Program-made: the position numbers and the translations under genes
Origin: Octopus sinensis
Taxonomy: Eukaryota
Length of the DNA: 64,000 nt
Reading direction: 5' to 3'
Assembly (NCBI RefSeq): GCF_006345805.1
Contig: NC_043013.1
Location: 23,622,001 to 23,686,000, forward strand
The notes under the pieces: model-generated
What the model saw: only the letters and a program-made list of their open reading frames with translations
Database searches by the model: none
Told to the model about the DNA's origin: nothing
Part shown: positions 1-10,800 of the stretch, piece after piece
Numbering within the stretch: the first letter of the stretch is position 1
Layout of the letters: each line of letters starts with the position of its first letter

Positions 1-1056
1 AAGTCATGAATATCTTGTCATTTCTTTCTTCTTTTCTGAAGTATGCTTAATGCTTATTAAGTAATTATTCTTACTGTTTTTGGTAATTATTGCATTGTGT
101 GCAAGTTCTTGGAAAACAGAGTCTGTGATTAGCTTCAATTCTTTGTTGGAATCATTTTGCCAAATTTATGTAGGGTTACTTATAAATACAATGATTCCTT
201 TCCTTTAATTCTTAATGTTTAACAAGAGATGGATAAATATAACCGTCTTCCTCAAGAACAGCACTTGATGCCATTCTTGTCATTGTCACTATTTCAACAT
301 CTCAGTAGAACTGCACCATTGTTGCTTTTTCAAATGTTTCTGCCACTGAATTGAGGAAGCAGACTCTTTTTCGTATTCCACTATACATTGCCATATTAAG
401 TTGTTGCTTTTGTTAAGAATTAAAAAGCTTTGGCTAAATCTAATCAAAGGATCTAAAACCTGATTAGAATTTTAACAAAATGTAAATTTATCTGATATTC
501 GCATTTCTGTTTTTGAACTCTAAAACTTTATTAATTTCTATTAATCCACATATCATTCCCTTATTATAACAAACATTAACGATAATACTTAGGTTGATTA
601 CTCTCCCAGTAACAGTCTTCTATTGAAGAGTGATAATGTTTTAGTGTGCTTGGAGACTGGGAGCCATTTACAGGTGGATGTGAGCTGCTTGGACGTCTTT
701 GTTAGCAAACGAACCTGCTGCTAAGAATGGAATGTGTTGATAAGAAAGCTAGACTCAGCATGCAGACGTCAAACATTTGTTTCAGAGGTATTGATAAATA
801 TAAAATAATATCATATGATGCAACATCATTTAACCATGCTGGATACACAGGAAGTATTCTCACTTTGAACATAACTAACACTAGGACATGCATCACAGTC
901 CTAAAAGAACATTGTTATAAAAAACACATTTCTGTAATATATATACAAAGCTACAGCTTGGCCACAATATCACTTGAGTAAAATAAACACACAAACACAT
1001 CATATTCAACAGATATGGAGGAGACATAAAACAAGTTTTATCTTCGAAACATTATA

Positions 1057-1123
<67 letters not shown>

Positions 1124-1351
1124 TTAAAATAAGAAGGGTGCAAAATTGAATATTAATTTGATTAATATCAATTTAAAACCAGTAGTCTAGCATATAGAAA
1201 AATCTGAAGAATCAGAAAAGTTATATTGCACACATACAAGAGGGATGACCACTAAGTGGACATCCATTATGCTAGAAGTCGACCCTCTATGGTGTTACCA
1301 CTAAGAAAGGAATGTCAGTGTGATCATCATAGCAAAATACTTTGCTATGAC

Positions 1352-1413
1352 GATCACACTGACGAGTTGTGGACATTGTACGTAAGTGGTAACAACGAAA
1401 CTGGTTTGTGATT
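1352..1413 (+). ncRNA. Minimal type I hammerhead ribozyme motif, copy 1
   Basis: Stem I ATCACA/TGTGAT, core CTGACGA, stem II GTTGT/ACAAC, GAAA, 2-bp stem III AC-tg-GT, triplet GUU with predicted cut after 1406. Confidence 0.75.
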
Positions 1414-1433
1414 AATCTGTATATTTTGTATCC

Positions 1434-1469
<36 letters not shown>

Positions 1470-1697
1470 TTAAAATAAGAAGGGTGCAAAATTGAATATT
1501 AATTTGATTAATATCAATTTAAAACCAGTGGTCTAGCATATAGAAAAATCTGAAGAATCAGAAAAGTTATATTGCACACATACAAGAGGGATGACCATTA
1601 AGTGGACATCCATTATGCTAGAAGTCGACCCTCTATGGTGTTACCACTAAGAAAGGAATGTCAGTGTGATCGTCATAGCAAAATACTTTGCTATGAC

Positions 1698-1759
1698 GAT
1701 CACACTGACGAGTTGTGGACATTGTACGTAAGTGGTAACAACGAAACTGGTTTGTGATT
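1698..1759 (+). ncRNA. Minimal type I hammerhead ribozyme motif, copy 2
   Basis: Identical motif 346 nt downstream; predicted cut after 1752. Confidence 0.75.
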
Positions 1760-1914
1760 AATCTGTATATTTTGTATCCTTTCATTTGTCTTGCTTATGT
1801 TCTGGCATTTGCTAAATTTTCTTCAGAACATCCCTTTCTTAGTGGTAAGACCATAAAGGGTTGACTTTTGAATGGGCTGGGGATGGTTATGTGAAACTGG
1901 CGTAGGATACAGCT

Positions 1915-2135
1915 GTGAACTCACTTTATTTGCCGGGTCTTTGCAGTCACAGCATATCTCCAGAGGTCTCGGTCTTTCGTTGTTGCCTGTGTAACGCCCA
2001 ACGTTCGAAGGTCATGCTTCACCACCTCATCCCATGTCTTCCTGGGTCTACCTCTACCCCAGATTCCTTCAACTGTTTGGGAGTGGCACTTCTTCACACA
2101 GCTCTCCTCATCCATCTGTAGTACATGACCATACC
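1915..2135 (-). mobile_element. RTE-clade LINE 3' fragment
   Basis: RMDEESCVKKC...GRGRPRKTWDEVVKHDLRTLG...DRDLWR, typical RTE ORF C-terminus. Confidence 0.85.
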
Positions 2136-4063
2136 AGACTAATTACTCTAACAATTAAAACCTAGATACAAATGTCCACATTTCATTCAAAGCAAATAAG
2201 TTGTACATACAAAGTATTGTAAAAGCACTGACATTGTTTCATTCTAAACATTTAGCATATTCAGTAAACACAAACAAACACTCTGAAACAAATATTTGCT
2301 CAAATTATACTAAAAGAAATAAGGGATCCAGAACCTGGCACAGCTCAGCGCTAATGACAATATGACTGACATATAATGGACAACTTTACTAAGGATGAAT
2401 GCATTAAACTTCCACACCAATTTTTTTAACATCACCAAATGCAATACATATAAATACATGTAAATCACTGATACCAACAGAACATATACATCAGAATAGA
2501 ATATACCCATCACATGTTATCTATCCATGACATACACACCTAAACAGTCATGTGATATCTATACACATAGTATTTAGACCTTAGCAGTCATGTAATATAC
2601 TGAGGACATGGAGAGACCTCTACAGAGAAACAGTCATCACACATTAGCTAACAAAATGCTACTACGGTAAAAACCAAACAGAAATTACACTTTTGGACAT
2701 GTGTGATGACGCTGTAGCAGAAATAAACATTTGGCAATCGTAGTTGCAGCACCACAAACGTTCGTTCTGTTCATACGGCATATCTTCGTGTTACCATTGT
2801 ACCGAAACACTCTAAAAGCCAGAATCCTGAGGTATTATTGAGCTGTGGAGTAAACCTTATTGCAAGGAAGGAATAGGGTGAGAGAAAATACTATGGTGAG
2901 TTGGAGTGGGGGGATGGAGGTTTTACAAATAATGCAACTGTGATATTAGGAGAGATGAACTTCAGATGAAAATTAGGAGAGATGAATGAGTGAAGGACAA
3001 TAATGTCTGTTAGTGTTTCAGTGACCAAGTTTCCAGGACAAGAAAATAAATAATTCCAAGAGCCACTGATTTACCTGTTTTCTAGGGTCTTTAAGGAAAG
3101 ACAGTTTGCTTTTCAATGACAATTGACAATATTCTTTGTTGCTAAACTTAATAGGATTTTTTTCCTAAAAACATTTTGAGGTGGCTTTTAGTTGTCTTTT
3201 TTTCTTTGGTAAAAAATACGAATACTAACCATTTTGATGTTGGCTTTGATCAGTTATTCCTTTTTTAATTAATTATGACATTTGGTGATCGTTAAGCAAT
3301 GTGTGTGTGTATGTGTGTAAAGTTATTGTACTGCCCCAGGCAGGAGCTTTTGACTGTTCCAGAACAATTGATCAGCAATCATTTAGGCAGATGATTGGTA
3401 GAATCATTAAGGAATCAGACAAAATGCTTTGCTGTGTTTCATTATAGCCCCTTCTTGTTCTAATTTTCAACTTGACATTTTATCTACCTCACTTTGTTAA
3501 AATAAAGTACCAGTTACATACTGGGGTTGATTTAATAATCCTCTACAGCATGCGGAATGTTAATAGCATTTATAACATTATTATAGAAGTCTAACTTCAA
3601 AATAAACAGTTGGATTCACAGAAACTAATTATGGTCATATGTTGGTGATTAGTGAATATAAACGATCACTGCTTGACAAGGGGAGCGGGAAACATTCGGT
3701 ACTTTCCCCTCTTCCTCATGGCTAACCAACTCCGTTCAAATGAGCTTCTCACTAAAAATTGTCTTGCTGTTATTGTTGAAAATGAATGAACAACTGTCGT
3801 ACGGTGCTTTGATTAGTAGCTTGTCATCATCATCATCATCATCACCATCATCTTATGTCCGCAGTTCCATGCTTAAAGGGCTGGAGGGATTATCCCAGGC
3901 CAAATCAGTTCTTATACATTGTCACTGCCTTTCTAAGCTGATTGGCTACAATGGCTCACGTCTACATTGCTCTGCCATCCATCAAAAAGCTTACCAACTC
4001 TGAATAAGAACCGACTTGAAGTTTTGTTTTATATAAATTAGATTTCAAATGCCTGTGTGATAT

Positions 4064-4100
<37 letters not shown>

Positions 4101-4197
4101 GACAGACAGACACACACACACACATTCTCTCTCTCTCTCTCTCTCGTCATTTAACATTCCAGATTCCATTGTTATTTAAATTGGAAAGTTTGAATTG

Positions 4198-4229
<32 letters not shown>

Positions 4230-4234
4230 TTTTT

Positions 4235-4467
4235 CAAGTTAGAAAACAAAGAGATCTAATGGATACAAACTAATTAATTAATTAATTAACATATTCACCT
4301 ACAATCGTGTTTCATTTCACAAGCAAAATTAAAATTACAAAACATATATAAATATATAATGTTTTGTAATTTTAATTTTGTTTGTGAAATGAAACAATTG
4401 CAGGTGAATATATTAAGTAATTAATAAATTAATTTGTATCCATTAAATCTCTCTGTTTTCTAACTCG
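4235..4467. repeat. Foldback palindrome with about 110-bp arms
   Basis: caagttagaaaacaaagagatctaatggatacaaa... is mirrored by ...tttgtatccattaaatctctctgttttctaactcg. Confidence 0.85.
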
Positions 4468-5479
4468 ATAATAATGTTTGATATTTTATGATATTTTATG
4501 CAATACATTCATTGAAGAAATATCTCTTCAAAATATAATATATTAAACCAGTGTATCTTGGATAAAAAATATCCCTGTAAGTGGTTTAAATATCCTCATT
4601 GTGACTATATATATATATATATATATCTGTGTGTGAGTGTGTGTGCATATATACATATATCTGTGTGTGAGTGTGTATGATGTATGTGTGTGTGTATATA
4701 TAAATTAACAAATGAAAGAAAGGAGCATTCAGTTGGAATTATATATTGATAACAGTTTAACAGTCATAGAACAGGTAAAAAAAAAAATCGCCAGCTGTTT
4801 GAAGTCAGAGTAAAAAGAATTTTAAAAAAATTTTAAATGGCTTCCAGGTGAGTGTATTTAGGGTTCCATTAGTCAGTTTAGGTCACATGGTTGTTTTAAC
4901 CATGTTAGCAACATCAGTTCTTATATTTTGTGCTCTGCATGGCAGAGCAGACAGAATGTATGGCATCTGTTCTTAGTTCCAATTCCTTTATGTTTTGAGT
5001 TTAATTCCTGCTTGGGTTGACTTTGTCCTTTATCCTTTCAGAGTTGATAAATGCCAATCAAGAAATAGGATTGATTTCATTTACTGTACTCTTCCTCCAA
5101 ATTCCAGGCCTTGTGCATATTTTAAAAAGTAGTATCATTATAGTTGCTCGATGGTCTCTGATGTCTTTTCATGAGACATCAACTTCAAATCTGAGGAAAT
5201 AATGTATTTCTTCTCAGTGAACGCTATTCTCAATTGTTGGAGGATCCCACACTGGCCCAGGCCACCATTCTCTTACCTTCTATAAGGTCACCATTTGTTG
5301 CATCCCTCTCTGCAAAGCCAGCAGTGTCTTTGTGATGGATTGTATTACATCACCGGAACTGCTCTTTCTTTCTACTTAGACCCCAAATACTTCATAAGCC
5401 CATCACCTTTGCCATACATAGGAAGCACAAAATGTGTAGCAATACTATAATTAAGTTTCTAGCACTCTGCAGCTTATGA

Positions 5480-5775
5480 TGACGGGAATTCCAGCTGATC
5501 TGATCAATGGAACAGGCTGCACGTGAAATTAATGTGCAAGTGGCTGAGTACTTCACAGACACGTCTACCACAACATAGTTCTTAGAGAGATTCAGCACGA
5601 CACAGAACGGTCCTTTGAAATATGGGTACGGTTCTTTTTTGTCAGCTAAGTAGACTGAAGTAACATGAAATAAAGTGTCTCGCTCAAGGACATGGTGCAC
5701 TGCCAGGAATTGAACTCATGACCTTAAAATTGTGAGCCGAATTTCCCTAACCACTAAGCCATATGCCTTCACACT
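5480..5775 (-). mobile_element. tRNA-derived SINE (related copies at about 10360-10640 and 17100-17275)
   Basis: The minus strand begins gtgtgaaggcatatggcttagtggttaggg...gagttcaattcctggcag, a Pol III A/B-box-like head, and the same body recurs in the window. Confidence 0.7.
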
Positions 5776-6542
5776 ATAATTAAGTAACAATCCATGAACT
5801 TGTACAAAGTTCAAATCCTGTCTTGAACAACTTTCAAAAGAAATTCGTTTCACTGAACTGGTTTATCTGAGACCCCTTCAAGTGATGCCAGTAGACCCTG
5901 GGGTTTATAAGGAGACATCTTCAAGTAGTGTCAGTGGACTCTGCGGGTTTTAAGACTCACTTGATTTCTTCCATTAAATTAACACTGAAGTTGTATTCTC
6001 TCTATGTAACACCATGAAGCTGGTGCATTCAGTATGCATTGCTAACTCAGCAACCCTTCTACATCATAAAATTCTTAATAACCCTCAGAGTTTTCAGATT
6101 CTTTAAATATATTCTTTTTTTGTCTTTCCTTCAAAAGATTTATTTAATAAAATATTTATTTAATAAATTCTTGTCTTCTAATGTTCACATTATCAAGCAG
6201 CTTTCAGATTTTTTTTTTAAATGGCTGGATGCCCTAATTTGTGCTAATCCTCCAATTATTCAGTGACCCATGGCTCTAACTTCAGTGGACTAAACTTGGA
6301 CAAGTGGAATCATTATGCTGTCTTTTTGCAGACTGCTTACCACCCATTCCATCTCTAACAGTTGAAACATCATAAAACTGTATTTTGCTTCAATCTTGTA
6401 ATATTCTTAAAAGAATTAATTCTCAGAGCTTTATTTTCATGAATCATTTCTTTGATAGTGATGGCTAACTAGTGATCCTACTATCTTTTCAAAACGTGTG
6501 TGTGTATATGTATATCATCATCATCATCATCTAACGTCCATA

Positions 6543-6617
<75 letters not shown>

Positions 6618-6762
6618 ATATATATATATATACATACATACACACACACACATATATATATTTATGTGTGTATATATGTGTGTGTGTATGTATATTTGTG
6701 TATATTATATATATATTATATATTATAATATATCATATATATATATATATTATATTATATAT

Positions 6763-6838
<76 letters not shown>

Positions 6839-6843
6839 GCACT

Positions 6844-7435
6844 TATATGTCATTTAGAGATAGGAATCCCCATGCAATTCATCAAATCCTAATATACATC
6901 ACACAATACCATGGAATTTTATTTTAATATTTACTATTTCAGTTCCAAATTTCTCTTCTACACTTGTTTCATGAGGTGCGTTTAACGTTCCCGAGACACT
7001 CAGTCTCTTTCAGAAACATGTCTTAACTGCAACCCCAATCATGAGGACTCTTCATAACTTTTTTATAATTCTATAACTATTCCTATATATTAATATTTTA
7101 TCAGTTACGAATGTAACTAACAAACAAATATGCGTGTGTGCAAATAAATTCGCCGAAACTTGCCGTGCAAGCCATAATTTAATTAATTAATTAATTAATT
7201 AAAAATTTACAAAACTAAATTCAAACATGACTTATGCCTATAAACATACATAGAAATTAATAATATGTAGGAATGAAGAAAATTGTAATATAATAATGAA
7301 AAGAATGTATAATTTAGTGATGATAAAATAAACAGTGCCAAGTAATAGTAAGTATTAAAATAAAATTCTATGATGTGTGATGTCTGTTAGGATTTGATGA
7401 ATTGCATGGGGACTCCTGTCTCTAAATGGCATATA
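6844..7435. mobile_element. MITE-like element with about 100-bp terminal inverted repeats
   Basis: tatatgtcatttagagataggaatccccatgcaattcatcaaatcctaa... mirrors ...ttaggatttgatgaattgcatggggactcctgtctctaaatggcatata. Confidence 0.75.
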
Positions 7436-7746
7436 TTTCCTTATTGAGAATAATTCATTTTATTTGAATCCCTGTGACGCCAGAATTTTTATTCCCTAAT
7501 TAATATATGAATAATACACATGCACTTACATATATAGACTATGATAGACTTATTCACACATACGTTTGTATGTTTAATGTTTATTCTTTTGTTGTCAATT
7601 GAAAAAAAAAAAAAACCTCTGAAATTGATGTAAAAAAAAAAAGGTACAAAATAGTGTGAATCCATTATCGTTGAACTTTCTCCATCAAATGGTGATTATT
7701 GAAGTTGTTTTTCTGAATGCGGCTTTCTTTCTGTCGTTCTTGCTAG

Positions 7747-7862
7747 CTTGACCCTGCTCGAATGGAGAACTGTGCAGAGCTAGAAGGCAATGTGGAACAC
7801 TTCCTGATCTTACTTAATGGGGCTGTTGATGATATTTTCAACTCCACTGAATACTGTCCACT
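7747..7862 (+). CDS. RASA1: RASA1 exon (LDPARMENC...TEYCP), phase 0 to 2
   Basis: ttcttgctag acceptor, ct|gtaagg donor, open frame homologous to the RasGAP helical region. Confidence 0.9.
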
Positions 7863-10800
7863 GTAAGGATTTCTAGTATTGTTTTCCTGTGGGAAGGAGG
7901 AGGGGTGGTCATTTTGAGAAAATAATCTCTGTTATAACTTGTTTTAGATTCCATCTGTGTTTTAATTGTTATCCTTATGACCATTTTTACATAATAACTA
8001 GAGGAACCCAAGTGACATTGATGGCTTCAAAATTATTTCAAAAGAGAAAAAAATAATAATAAAGCTAGGGTGGTGCTTTGACAGAAACAGTAGAGCCACG
8101 TATGAAATACTTTGCAGTATTTAGCTACGTCCCTTTACATTCTGTGTTCAAATCCTACCAAGGTTGGTCTTGCTTCCATTCATTTGGGGTTGATAAAAAT
8201 ATGTGCAAGTATTATAGATTGTGCTCGATTAACCACACTAGACTATGTCTTCCACTAAAAAAAAAAAAAATTGTTATTGTTGTTGTTGTTGTATTATTGT
8301 GGTTGAGTGTCACAAATAGATTAACAACCTGAATGCTGTAAAGTAATATCTGGCTCTGCCCCTCTGATTACTGAGTGTGGGTTGACTTAGTAGTTCAACA
8401 AACTGAGGTTAATAAAATAAAATAAATCATGTATTCAGGTTTAATCCAAATTCTTTCCCTATTGTCCAATCTTTGCTCTTGTCCCTGTCTAAGCGATTAT
8501 TAATTTGGTTGTTAGGATTGTAATACTATCCACACATGATTTTCATTGTGGTGGTCACTGTGCTATGGCAGTAGACTTTTGAGGAACCTAATTCACAGTC
8601 TGGTTTGAAACCAGTTCCTCTCTATAACTGATACCCTGAAGAAAAGATGATCACAACATTTCCTTTTCTCACGTCCCTTTTATGAAATATATATGAGAAA
8701 TTCTTGTCATCATTAGTTTTATTATTATTATTATTAATATGATGATGACAATAATAATGATACAATACCACAGATTTGCTTGTCAGTTGTTTGACCTTAA
8801 CCAGTTGAGCATGTCCCTTAGTGGCTGACGATATGTGCATCTCTGATCACGAGCAGAAGTAGTGGGGGAGCATCATAGCCATGTGCTGAGAGGGATTCTT
8901 TGGGGTTTGAATAGTTCACCTCTGGAAACATGGGTGGTTCTTTCAACATCCTTAAACAACCCTTATTCAGGGACCGTTTGAGTGGGATGGGCTACTCAAC
9001 CTGAAGAAAATTCTAACTGGGCCCCACCCGCTAGGTCATGTGCTGATTATCTTGATATGAGATCACCATGTCACGCACATATGGTTGTGATGCATGTGCC
9101 TGGTGTACCCTTATCAGACGGGTAGTCATGATGGGTATATTGGGCTTCGTATATTTTACCCCAGTGTCACTTTGATGGCATGAACTGCTCTCTCACTCAA
9201 TAATAATAATAATAAAAGGTAGCAGTAGTACCACTAGTTGTCGGAGTCCTGGGAACAGTGAGCAAAAGTCTCGAGAAGTACGTGGAACAAATAGGGGCTG
9301 CAATAAGGGTAGAGTACTTGGAGAGAACAGCACAGCTTGGAACTGCTTGAATACTCCAGAAGGTGCTCGAAAAATAAGAGTTGTTACCTTAGTTCACTGG
9401 TAGTGAACAGCTGACACTGTTGTTCATCTCCAGTGTTAGAAGCTGTGCAAAGGCAATAATAACAATAACAATAATAATAATAATAAAGTGGTGAGCTGCT
9501 GGAATTGTTAGCAAAAGCCAGACAGAATGCTAAGCAACATTTCATCCATCTTTACATTTTGAGTTTGAATGCCACTGAGGTTGACTTTACCTTTCATCCT
9601 TTCAGGATTGATGAAATAAGTACCAGTTATGCACTGGGGGCCGATCTAGTCAGCTTAGCCCCCTCCTACAAAATTACTGTCATGTAGTAGAAAGGATTAT
9701 TATTATTATTATTAGAATGTTTTAATAACATACAGTTTTATTTGAACGAATTAATTTTGTTCGTTTTTGTGGTGTTATTTTTATTTTCTTTTTTTATTGT
9801 TGTGATTATTAAATAACCCAATATGGCTTCTGAAAAGATGGATTGAAAGTTTACTTTTGTGTGTTTATGAACAGCAGCACTACGGCTGTAGATTTCCCAA
9901 TAGGTCAGTCGTTAGCTCACTGCATTTGCAATGGTGAATGTGACAAGGGAGTATCTGTGCAGCTTGGACAGATTAAATACCACAAGGTATTTTTGTTTGA
10001 AAGCTATAGTTTGACATTTTTCTTGTCACTGTGTACTTTCCCTGCAGTACATCAGCGATAGGTATACACACACACACACACACACAGACATACATGTGTG
10101 TGTGTATACGCACACACATATGGACATGCATACATACACCACAGTCTTCCATCCATTTTGTTGTCCAGCATTCCCTTACCAGGCTTTAGTCAATCTGATT
10201 TGATGATGAAAATCCCTGGCCCATGTGGGATTGGATGTGGGACCCATGGTTGCAAAGCACAAACTCCCTAATCACAGTAACCTGATCAGAAGAACCTTTA
10301 TTTCACTGAAAATAAGTGACCGTTGTCACTGCCATTCGGTCAGTTGCAACAAGTGTTCTAGTTGACCAATGGAACAGTCAACTTGCGAAATTAACATGCA
10401 AGTGGCTGAGTACTCCACAGACATGCATAGCCTTAATGTAGTTCTCAGGGAGATTCAGTGTGAAATAGAGTGTGACAAGGCTGGCCCTTCCTTTGTATTA
10501 CTGGTATGACTCATTTTTGCCAGCTGACTGGACAAATGTGAAATAAAGTGTCTTGCTCAAGGCCACAATGAGCTGCTGGGAATCAAACTCCTGATTGCAA
10601 GCCAAATACCCTAACCTCTGAGCCATGCATCTTTGTAAGGAATAATATTAATCAGTGGAAGGACAGCACCAATGACATTAGTAGGGGTACTGAGAGGAGG
10701 AGGAGATAATGATTTATTGCAGTAGGAGGGGTGGGGGCCCATCAATAGAAGGATTCTGAGATTGGAGATTTGTTGTAAATTCTTGCAACAAAATGGATTA

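Larger units (their letters stand above)
1059..1870. mobile_element. Penelope-like element remnant: tandem duplicate (period 346 bp) with inverted partial copies and (TA)n junctions
   Basis: 1120-1439 is nearly identical to 1466-1785; 1829-1868 is an inverted copy of about 1623-1660; hammerhead motifs plus tandem and inverted terminal segments are known PLE hallmarks. The family assignment is inference. Confidence 0.6.

Noticed and set aside
9810-9935. Frame reading IWLLKRWIESLLLCVYEQ, superficially like RASA1 LESLLLC
   Set aside because: Out of order relative to flanking exons, no suitable splice sites, and exons 7862 and 11238 already join in phase
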